Origin: Planctomycetota bacterium
GTDB taxonomy: Bacteria > Planctomycetota > Planctomycetia > Planctomycetales > Planctomycetaceae
Direction: 5' to 3'
DNA length: 64,000 bases
Assembly: GCA_038040225.1 (NCBI GenBank)
Contig: JBBPIS010000024.1
Coordinates: 4,259-68,258 of the forward strand
The notes under the pieces are model-generated. The model searched no databases and was not told the DNA's origin. It saw only the letters and a list, made by a program, of their open reading frames with translations. Positions 1 to 8,600 of the stretch are shown here, in pieces (position 1 is the stretch's first letter; every line of letters begins with the position of its first letter). A program made the position numbers and the translations under genes.

Positions 1-367
1 GTCTGTAAGCGGGCGCATAGGGCTGCGCGTAATATCCCGGGCTGCCGTACCCGTTGAGGTAATTCCCGTCTCCGTAGCTGTATCCGCTGTTGGGGCGGAA
101 GTGATACGAGCTCTGCGAGCCATAGCCGTACGGGCCGTTTCCATAACCCGAATACGTGTGCGTGTACGTTCTGGGGCCGTACCCATATCTTGGTGCGTAC
201 GCCCGGTATCCCTGTCCGTATCCACCGTAGTAGCCCCGGCCGTACCCGTTGTATTGAACCCCACCCCGGCCGATGGTCAGCGATTGGGCGTGGGCGTTAC
301 TCTGCGGAGTGGCCAGCGTGAACAGGCCGACGGCGAGTACCGATAAGCAAAGTAGTCGTGTCATCAT
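1..367 (-). CDS. Gly/Tyr-rich secreted low-complexity protein (partial, runs off window start)
   Basis: Hand translation from ATG at 367: MMTRLLCLSVLAVGLFTLATPQSNAHAQSLTIGRGGVQYNGYGRGYYGGYGQGY..., open to position 2. AAGGGA RBS upstream; signal-peptide-like N-terminus. Not in the ORF track. Confidence 0.8.
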   Translation of the reverse strand, partial: MMTRLLCLSVLAVGLFTLATPQSNAHAQSLTIGRGGVQYNGYGRGYYGGYGQGYRAYAPRYGYGPRTYTHTYSGYGNGPYGYGSQSSYHFRPNSGYSYGDGNYLNGYGSPGYYAQPYAPAYR

Positions 368-415
368 TTGTCCCTTGTGAATCCATCACAGTTGAAGTTG
401 ATCGAACCCGCCCGA

Positions 416-452
416 TGTGGCACGGAGCACCTTGCGGCGACCCCGTGCCACA
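416..452. repeat. Intergenic palindrome (GTGG-ended, REP-like)
   Basis: TGTGGCACGG (416-425) pairs with CCGTGCCACA (443-452). Confidence 0.5.
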
Positions 453-465
453 GGAACGGAAAGCC

Positions 466-1269
466 TTACTCCGTCTTCGTCCGCTCGGTCCTGCTGATCG
501 CCACTTTCGGAGTGGCAGGAGCGTTCTGACGATTCATGCGCAGTTGCGCGAGTTGTTCCTTCGTGAGCACCTTCTCGATCTCCACCAGCTTGTCGGCTTC
601 CAGCGACACCAGTCGGGTGTGCAGACCCTGGATGTCACGGTTCAAGGAACGCAGTTGGGAGTGATATTTCTCCTGAACCTTGTCGGCCGCAGCCTCCTGC
701 TCGTCGGTGAGTGACACACCGATATGCGAGAGTACTTCCTCGTCTGCGGTGGCAGGCTTGGTGGTCTCCTCATTCGGTTTGACCGTTGCCTGATTGACCT
801 TGGTGCTCGTGGCCGCGATCGTCTTCTCGTGCTGGGCAGTCTTGCGCCGCTGGTCGCGCACTTGCTGACGCTGGCCATCGGTCAGGTTGTCCTCAATTGC
901 CGCCAGCAACGATGACTCCATCGCGATCGTTTGCATGTAGCGGTCGCCGAATTGCTTCCACACCGCGCCGAGCGACGCATCGTAGTTGCGAACAATCTCC
1001 TTAATCTGATCTTGCTGCTGGGCGGAAAGCTTCAGCTTCTCCAGGCACTCCGGAATCGCGGCTGATTCGGAATGAGCCTTGCCCTGAATCGCCGCCCCCT
1101 TGTTGGTCGGCTTGACCTCAGTCGCGGCTGGCTCCTTGGCAAAGGCCGGAGCGAGGGCCATGACGCCGGCGACCGCCAACAGACTCGACACACGCCTGAA
1201 ACTGAGGCGGTGCAGAGTGGCTACTCCGTTGGACTGCACATTGCGGAAACCTGTCATTGAAAGACGCAT
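466..1269 (-). CDS. Secreted helical protein, Spy/CpxP (LTXXQ)-like
   Basis: Signal peptide ending APAFA; repeated LSAQQ/LTDGQ/LTDEQ/LTKEQ motifs; GGAG 9 nt upstream of ATG 1269. Confidence 0.7.
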   Translation of the reverse strand: MRLSMTGFRNVQSNGVATLHRLSFRRVSSLLAVAGVMALAPAFAKEPAATEVKPTNKGAAIQGKAHSESAAIPECLEKLKLSAQQQDQIKEIVRNYDASLGAVWKQFGDRYMQTIAMESSLLAAIEDNLTDGQRQQVRDQRRKTAQHEKTIAATSTKVNQATVKPNEETTKPATADEEVLSHIGVSLTDEQEAAADKVQEKYHSQLRSLNRDIQGLHTRLVSLEADKLVEIEKVLTKEQLAQLRMNRQNAPATPKVAISRTERTKTE

Positions 1270-1350
1270 CGTGATCATCTCCATCCGTAAAGGTCCAAAA
1301 CACACCGAGCGGACATTCCGTCGGTGAACTCTCGCCGCTGTCGAGTGGCG

Positions 1351-1442
1351 AAAAAAAAGCCGACGCGGCAGAAGACTTGGAGGTCTTCCATCGCGTCGGC
1401 TTACTCACTAACGAGCCTTCCGGCGTGGGCCGGGCTGCTCTT
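1351..1442 (-). promoter_or_regulatory. Structured leader element, proximal copy (hairpin + conserved linker + intrinsic terminator)
   Basis: Minus strand GAGCAGCCCGGCCCACGCCGGAAGGCTCGTTAGTGAGTAAGCCGACGCG...CGCGTCGGCTTTTTTTT; near-identical to 1471-1561. Confidence 0.75.
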
Positions 1443-1470
1443 TATGTAGTCGTCCGAAGTCGAGTCACAA

Positions 1471-1561
1471 AAGAAAAAGCCGACGCGACAGAACACCCGG
1501 AGGTCTTCCACTGCGTCGGCTTACTTACTAACGAGCCTTCCGGCGTGGCCGGGATGCTCTT
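1471..1561 (-). promoter_or_regulatory. Structured leader element, distal copy
   Basis: Minus strand GAGCATCCCGGCCACGCCGGAAGGCTCGTTAGTAAGTAAGCCGACGC...GCGTCGGCTTTTTCTT; 120 nt offset from the proximal copy. Confidence 0.75.
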
Positions 1562-1815
1562 CATTGAGTCTTCCGTTGCGATTGAGGGGCGAGTTTCAAA
1601 CTCATGCATCCTCAACGTCGGTCACGGTACGCTTCCGGAACGGGAATAGCTAGGAGGTTGTTTTTTTTATTCTGAGATTGATAGCATTTCGCACGAATTA
1701 CTTTGAGAACCTGCAAACTTCCCGGGTTTTCACCCCAGTCTGCTGTCTGTCGTCTACCGACGGACACGTCGGGGGTCGCCATGAAAGCTGAAGTCACAAT
1801 GAGCATGAGGTCGCG

Positions 1816-2196
1816 GTGAAAACACAGGGTGAAATCGAAGCGGCGGTCAGCCATGGGATCTCGCGTTTTGAACAGGAGTACATGGGCCGTGGTCCGAAGG
1901 ACATCCAGACCCACCTGATTGGTGATCTGCTGGTGGTTCGACTGCACGGTGTGTTGACCGCAGCCGAACAGCAACTGGTCAAGACGCTCCTGCCCGAGAA
2001 GGGGCGGGATCTGCTCAAGCAAGTCCGCACCCAATTAATCGAACTGGCACGCCCCGTCATGGAAGCGATGATCGAGGCTGCCACCGGCGTCAAAGTGCTC
2101 AGCCTGCATCACGACATCAGCACCAGCACCGGTGAAGAAATTGTGCTCTTCACCCTGACCGAGGCACCCATGTTCCGTGAATCGAAGCATAAGTAG
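1816..2196 (+). CDS. DUF2294 / MpsC-like protein
   Basis: KTQGEIEAA...GRGPKDI...GVLT.AE...GRDLLKQVR..LIE...LHHDIST.TGEE pattern characteristic of DUF2294; GTG start with GAGG upstream. Confidence 0.85.
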   Translation: MKTQGEIEAAVSHGISRFEQEYMGRGPKDIQTHLIGDLLVVRLHGVLTAAEQQLVKTLLPEKGRDLLKQVRTQLIELARPVMEAMIEAATGVKVLSLHHDISTSTGEEIVLFTLTEAPMFRESKHK

Positions 2197-2443
2197 ACTT
2201 TCAACCGTCTCGATCTTCGGCCAACTCCGGGCAGCGTTCCACCAGGGATAGGGCGGCCCCGGCATCTCGCAAACCGATCATCCTGAATGACCTCGCGAAC
2301 TGCTTCTCGTCGAGTCGGAAGCCGAGATCAAAACAGTCGCTGCGGTTTTCGAGTCCTGCCATCGGATTGTCCACTGGCGATGATTGTCGATGGAAGTGCA
2401 GTCGTCACAGATGCCGTGCCAACCCAATGACTAACGATGTTGG

Positions 2444-2478
2444 AAAAAAAAGGACTCAGAGCGATTCGCTCCAAGTCC
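2444..2478 (-). terminator. Intrinsic terminator downstream of tRNA-Gln
   Basis: Minus strand GGACT-TG-GAGCG-AAT-CGCTC-TG-AGTCC followed by 8 T. Confidence 0.75.
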
Positions 2479-2525
2479 TCTCATCATTTCCGAATCGCAT
2501 CACTCACAATGTGAGTGCTGAAGAG

Positions 2526-2596
2526 TTGCCCGACGAGGATTCGAACCTCGACTAAGTGATTCAGAGTCACTCGTGCTACCGTTACACAATCGGGCA
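2526..2596 (-). tRNA. tRNA-Gln (anticodon CTG)
   Basis: Cloverleaf: acceptor TGCCCGA/TCGGGCA, anticodon arm AGTGA-CTCTGAA-TCACT, T arm CGAGG-TTCGAAT-CCTCG; CCA not encoded. Confidence 0.95.
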
Positions 2597-2843
2597 ATGT
2601 CACCTGGCCAAGGGGGGCCGGGCTGTCAATCGAGCCGCAGTTTTTGGTGGCGGGGCTCGGGTCGCGGAAGGGTGCGAAGTATACTCGCCTCCCCAGTTTT
2701 GCCAATTCCGAATGAGTAGTTTTTTGGTCTGGCACTTGGTGCGAATCCGAATTTGGCTTCGCAGTGCGGTCAAATCGACATCCGGACCGTGGTGCCAGGT
2801 GTCTTCCATCAGTCATCTCCATGATTCAGGGAAAGGTCTTCTT

Positions 2844-3641
2844 GTGGCAGACACCGATGAATTGTTTTCGGTTCGCGATCAGGTCGTGCTTGTTTCGGGG
2901 GGGAGTCGCGGCATCGGGCGTGGATTGGCGGAGGGCTTCGCCGCGCGGGGGGCTCGCGTGATCATCACGGGACGAGAAGAGTTGACTCTGAAAGAGGTGG
3001 CTCGCGAAATCACAGGCAGCTCGCACGCGGTGGACTTTGTGGTCTGTGACGTCTCCCAACCTGACGACGTGCCGCGACTGATCGAGACCGTTGTGACAAA
3101 GGCCGGACGAATTGACTCGCTGCTCAACGTGGCGGGAGTCAACATCCGCAAGCGGGTTGAAACCTACTCGGTCGAAGAGTACGACCACATTTTGAACATC
3201 AACCTCAAGGGAGCGTTTCTCGTCGCGCAGGCCGTTGGTAAACAGATGATCGCTCAGGGGGCGGGGGGGACGATCGTCAACATCGACTCGTTGAACACGT
3301 TTGCTCCGCTGATGGGCGTGCTGCCGTACGCGATGAGCAAGGCGGGGCTGGGCATGATGACGCGGGGGATGGGAATGGAGTGGGGCGTTCACAACATTCG
3401 AGTCAACGCGATTGCGCCCGGCTTCGTCCTGACCGACCTGACGCAGAAGCTGTGGTCCGATCCGACGATGCAGGCGTGGGGCCAGGCCAATACCCCGCTA
3501 AAACGGCTCGGCCGACCCGAGGACATGTTGGGGGCGGCCCTGTTCCTGACAAGTGCCGCGTCGGCGTACATGACGGGTCAGGTGATCTACGTGGATGGCG
3601 GAATCACCTGCGGCATGCATTGGCCGATCCCGCTGAATTGA
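2844..3641 (+). CDS. SDR oxidoreductase (gluconate 5-dehydrogenase/KduD-like)
   Basis: SGGSRGIG Rossmann motif, NVAG, YAMSK catalytic motif, IRVNAIAPG; GTG start at 2844 (track ORF over-extends into the tRNA). Confidence 0.9.
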   Translation: MADTDELFSVRDQVVLVSGGSRGIGRGLAEGFAARGARVIITGREELTLKEVAREITGSSHAVDFVVCDVSQPDDVPRLIETVVTKAGRIDSLLNVAGVNIRKRVETYSVEEYDHILNINLKGAFLVAQAVGKQMIAQGAGGTIVNIDSLNTFAPLMGVLPYAMSKAGLGMMTRGMGMEWGVHNIRVNAIAPGFVLTDLTQKLWSDPTMQAWGQANTPLKRLGRPEDMLGAALFLTSAASAYMTGQVIYVDGGITCGMHWPIPLN

Positions 3642-3705
3642 GGGTGCGCGTGCAGACAGAACCGGGGGCGGATGCCGCGCGTCCCGAAAGAAGGATTTGA
3701 GAGCG

Positions 3706-5340
3706 ATGCGCCGTCGAATGAATCGGCACGATCCGCAGGATCGTCACCGGTTCTGTTTCGAGTTTCTGGGGCACCCGCCATTTCCGGAGCTATGTTTCGG
3801 GCGGACGTTCCGATTGAGAGGCTCGCGGGTTTCTCGACTGCCGTCTGCCCGACGGCCTTTCGCCGACGTGGCATCACGTGGCGGAGACCGAACGATGTTT
3901 GCGTGGTTCCCAACCAAACGACCTCAGCCCCGACCGTTTCCTCGCGCGGACGAACGGCTCGCTCAAGAATTGCGAACCGCGCGAATCGGTCTCGACAGGC
4001 AAGTCTTCTGGGGGTTGATCGCCCAGTGGGCGGTTGTGTTGGTGGCAACGCTGGCCTTGTCGGCCGGTGTCGACTTCGCGCGCGTCGGCTTCGTGTGGTC
4101 GACATTGCTTCTGAATGGAGTCCTGACCGGAGTCCCGCTGTGGCTCGTGCTGCGCTCGCCGGGAGAACGATCGTCGCGTCTGGCGGTTGCCATCAGTCAG
4201 GGTTTGTTTTCGACGCTGCTTCTGTACGCAACCGCCGGTCGAGTGGAGACTCATCTGCACCTGTTCGCGTGGTTGGTTGTGTTGGCCGTCTACCGAGACG
4301 TTCGTGTCCTGATCGCAGCCGGTGCCGCGGCCATTGTCAGTCAACTGGTCGCAGGTCTGGTTGTCGGGTCACCCGAGATGGTTGCTGCCAACTTCAGCCA
4401 TCTTGGTGAACATGCGGTCTGGTTGATCGTGGAGACGACATGTCTGGCGACATTCATTCGCTTCAGCGTGCAGGCCATGTCCGATCTGGCGCGGCGCGAA
4501 GCGGCGCTTGAATCACTCAACAACAATCTCGAACGGAAGGTGGAACGCCGGACTCGCGAAATGTCCGAGAAGCTCGAAGCCCTGCATCGTGAGTACGCGG
4601 TGATTCAGGAAATCCGCGATCAGACGGACGTCGATGAGATGTCCGCTGTCAGGCAATTGTCGCAGTTGCGTCGCGACGTTTCGGCGCACGCGATGACTTT
4701 GATGGACACCACGTGGGGCTGGTCGGAGACCAGGTTGCCCGAGGCGCTTCGTCCCCACTGGCGCACGATCCGCGAGGCATCTCAGAACCTGCTGAGCCTC
4801 GTGGAGACATCGACCCCCGCGGACGATTCGCTCTCGAACTCACTGGTTGGTCTGCGAACGTTCAACTCGAAAACGCCCGCCGTCGAAGCCACTGTCGAAT
4901 CGAGCGTCGAATCATTCAGCCGGACGGCCCTGCTCCTGATCGACGATCCCGTGCAGGAGGCACTGGCCGTCCATTCGCTTTCGCAGGAGGGGTTCCGAGT
5001 CGACGTCGCTCACGGCGGGCCCCGCGCGTACTACTCGGCCATGCTGCGGAATTACGATTTGATCGTGATCGACATCGACCTGGCCAATGAGGAAGGCTTC
5101 GACACGATCGAAGCGCTGCGGTTGTTGCCGAACGGGATCGATGATTCCACGGGCGTGTTCGCCTTCTCCTCCGCCCGCACGCCGGATGCGGTGCTGCGTG
5201 GCACCCAACTCGGGATTGACGGATTCCTTGTGAAACCGATGAAACCGGAGTCACTACGGGCGGCGCTTGCGGGTCACTCTCACGCCGACTCGTCCCACGA
5301 GGTTCGCGTGGAGCACGAGGCCGTCGCCGCCGGTTCGTGA
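3706..5340 (+). CDS. Multi-TM sensor + coiled coil + receiver (REC) domain protein
   Basis: About six TM segments with VETHLHLF motif, LERKVERRT coiled coil, C-terminal REC (LLIDD...VIDIDL...LVKP); no HATPase boxes. Confidence 0.75.
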   Translation: MRRRMNRHDPQDRHRFCFEFLGHPPFPELCFGRTFRLRGSRVSRLPSARRPFADVASRGGDRTMFAWFPTKRPQPRPFPRADERLAQELRTARIGLDRQVFWGLIAQWAVVLVATLALSAGVDFARVGFVWSTLLLNGVLTGVPLWLVLRSPGERSSRLAVAISQGLFSTLLLYATAGRVETHLHLFAWLVVLAVYRDVRVLIAAGAAAIVSQLVAGLVVGSPEMVAANFSHLGEHAVWLIVETTCLATFIRFSVQAMSDLARREAALESLNNNLERKVERRTREMSEKLEALHREYAVIQEIRDQTDVDEMSAVRQLSQLRRDVSAHAMTLMDTTWGWSETRLPEALRPHWRTIREASQNLLSLVETSTPADDSLSNSLVGLRTFNSKTPAVEATVESSVESFSRTALLLIDDPVQEALAVHSLSQEGFRVDVAHGGPRAYYSAMLRNYDLIVIDIDLANEEGFDTIEALRLLPNGIDDSTGVFAFSSARTPDAVLRGTQLGIDGFLVKPMKPESLRAALAGHSHADSSHEVRVEHEAVAAGS

Positions 5341-5678
5341 TCGCGGAAAGGCGGCATCCTCCGCGCGAGTTTGCCGTCCAGCCCATTCCTTCTGAAACGC
5401 CCAATCGATTTGTCAATCGGGTCGTCACAGGAATCGCGTGCCTTCGTTGCTACAGGTCTTTGACGGTCCACAAGATCGGTTGTTACACTTCCCACGGTTC
5501 TTGTCCCGTCTCGCCAGACATTGCCCTGCATTTCGCTCGGGAGCCGAACGATGCCGTGTTCATCGGCAGTTGCATCGCGTGAGTGCCATTTCAGGGAAAC
5601 ATCCCCGTTAGAATGGGCGGCAGGACGTGCGTCCGACAACTTCACAGATCCTTCCTTCCGTTTGATTCGAGGTTGACC

Positions 5679-8600
5679 ATGACTGCGGATGGAAAAGCTG
5701 CGGTCACGGGAGCGGGCGCTCAGCCGCCAGAGTCTGTGACCGAAATGAAGTTGATCGGCAAGTACCAGATCGAAAAACGGATCGGTGCCGGCGGGATGGG
5801 AACGGTTTATCTGGCACGCGACACGCAACTGAAGCGGGTTGTCGCGTTGAAGGTGCTCTCCCGGGACAAGGCTCAAAATCCCACACTGGTCAAACGGTTC
5901 CAAGCCGAGGCTCAGGCGGCCGCCCAACTGCGCCACGACAACATCGTCGCGGTCTACGACTCGGGCGAGGCCGATGGCTACCTCTTCATTGCGATGGAGT
6001 ACGTCGAAGGGCAGGATCTGTTCGAGATGGTGCAGCGTCGCGGTGTGACGCCCGTCAAGCGGTCGATCGAGATTATCAAGCAGGTCGCGGCGGCACTGCA
6101 GCACGCTTACGAACAGAACATCGTCCATCGCGACATCAAGCCGTCGAACCTGCTGATTGCCCGCCACAACGGCATGGTAAAACTGACCGACCTGGGCCTC
6201 GCGCGTTCGGTCGATGACACGCTCGAAACGAACATCACCCGTGCCGGCACGACGGTTGGCACGGTCGACTACATGTCGCCCGAACAGGCTCGCAACAGCA
6301 AACTGGCCGACATTCGCAGCGACCTCTATTCGCTCGGCTGCACGTGGTACCACATGCTGACCGGGGAGCCGCCCTATCCCGAGGGGAGCGTCACCAACAA
6401 GCTGCAGGCTCACGCGATCAAGCCGATCCCCGATCCGCGCGCCAAGAACCCGAAAATCCCCGAGGGACTGACGGCCGTCTTGCAGCGCCTGATGGCCAAG
6501 AAGCCCGAGGATCGGTATCAGACTCCCGCCGAATTGCTCGACGATCTGAAGCACGCGACTCTGACGCACGGAGCCATCTCGCGCGAGATCCTGGGCAATC
6601 TTTCCGACTACGATCAGAAGACCGTCGGCCACGCCGGCGCCGCCTCGGACGATGAGGACGACGACGACGGATACGATGACGAAGACGACGATGACTACGA
6701 TGAGGCTGTCGAGGAACAGGCCACGCCGGACCATGTTCCGACGTCCTACGCACCGACTCGCCGCAAGGTGACGAAGGCCCCCCGCGAAACGGACGAGGAG
6801 GATGAGGTCGAGACTCACTCCACACCCACCCGATCGCGCGACTCCAAAGAGAATTCCGAACCGGCCGAAGTCGAGCGGCTTCGGAGCAACAAGCCCAAGG
6901 TGACGAAGGCCCCCCGCGAAACGGACGAGGAGGATGAGGCCGAGACTCGCTCCACGCCCAACCGATCGCGCGACTCCAAGGAGAATTCCGATCCGGCCGA
7001 ACTCGAGCGAGTTCGACGCAACAAGCCCAAGACGACAAAGGCCGCAGAAGAAGAGATCGCGGCCGATTCCCGGCACAGCTCTCCCAAGCCGCGCGATGCC
7101 AAGAGTGATCCCAAGCCGGCCGATTCGACTCCGGCGAAAGCCCGAAGCCACAAGCCGCTTCCTCCCAAACGGGAGCCGGTCAAAGAGGCGGGCGACGAAG
7201 TCAAGAAGGGGATCAGTCCCGAGACGCTTCGGTATCTCGGTGCCTTCTCGGGAGTCATCGTTGCCATCCTGGGGCTGGGTTGGCTGATCCAAGCCTTCAG
7301 CGGCAATGTCGGCTTCGACTCGAACCCATTCGCCGGTGCGCCAGATCCCAAAGCGGTCCAACAAGCCGCGGTGGCAAACCCCCCGCCGAATGCGAACACC
7401 AAGACGTCCGATCAGACGGCTGCCAAGGGCAACGACTCGGCAACCGCCGTCACGCCGACAGTGCCCGTCCGAGTGAACGCCCCGGTGGCCGAATTCGATG
7501 TCGAGGCGCTGCCCACATGGGCGTCAAAGGATGCCGAACCGACGGGCCTGCCGATTCGGACGGTCGGTCCGGGAGCCGCGTCGGAATCTCGCTTCCAGAC
7601 GCTCGACGAGGCTCTGCGCGCGCTGCCTCCCGCAGGCGCGATCGTGAAACTGGAAGGTGGTGGTCCGTTCCCGCTGTCGACGGTGGAGTTGAGCAACGTC
7701 AAGCGACTCGTGCTGATGTCGGCGTCTACGCAGGACAGGGCCGTGATTGCGCTCAAGCCGTCGGAGAACAACGGCACCGTCGGAATCAAACTGACCGACG
7801 GGATACTGGAGGTTCGCGGTATTCACTTCGCATTGGATCGCAATCAATTTCCGGGCGGCGCGAAAATTCTGGAGGTGGTCGACGGCCAGTTGTTCGTCCA
7901 GCAGTCGTCATTCACCGCCACGGGACCGGATTCCGTGGCGACGGTGGCGATGGTCGCCAGCAGCACTCAGGATGCGACCGTGGAACCGCGCCTCGCGCCG
8001 AGCGTTCTCGTCGATCGCGTCGTCGTGCGCGGCGACGGTCTGAAGGGGCTGGCCGTTCAGCGTGCGAACGTGGATGTCGTCGTGCGCGATTCGCTGCTGG
8101 TCACCGGTTCGGCGGCGGCGGTGGAGTTGACGGGCCATTTGACGGCGGGAGTTGCCGATGCCGTGACGCACAAGCCGCGGCGCATTGTGCGTGTGATTCG
8201 TTCGACGGTTTACAGTCGCCGGTGTGCCTTCGATTTGTCGACATCCTCCGACTCCGGCAGCAAGCCTCCGCGCACGGACATCGTGATGCAGGATTCGTTG
8301 TGCTGTGCGCAGGGAGTCGCCGAGAACTCCGCATTGATCCTGGCCGCGCGCTGGCCGCAGGTTCGATCGACAACCGAGAACTGGCTGACTCGACTGAAGT
8401 GGATCTCGAAGGGCTCGCTCTATCTGGGCTTTGAACAACTCGTCGATCTCGGTTCTGATTTCAAGGTTTCGGATGCCACGGCCTGGCAGCGCGTGTGGTA
8501 TGGCAAACACGACACCAGGCAGTTTCACAAGCTGACCTTTCCCGATGCGGCACCGGGCGACCTGAGTACCGTCTCGCCGCAGGAGTTCGAGTCCTCCTCG

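Noticed and set aside
1351-1561. CRISPR array
   Set aside because: Only two ~90-nt units with terminator structure; no short repeat-spacer pattern and no cas genes.
1442-1609. Leader peptide through the distal element (minus strand, ~55 codons)
   Set aside because: Poor RBS spacing, and the proximal copy has a 1-nt indel that changes the frame, so coding is not conserved between copies.
2556-2843. N-terminal 96 codons of the track SDR ORF
   Set aside because: Overlaps the tRNA and promoter DNA; homology and RBS point to GTG 2844.
5280-7364. 694-aa antisense ORF (also 15886-17430, 19071-20594, 52133-53980 and similar)
   Set aside because: Shadow ORFs opposite well-supported genes, expected in high-GC DNA; no motifs.
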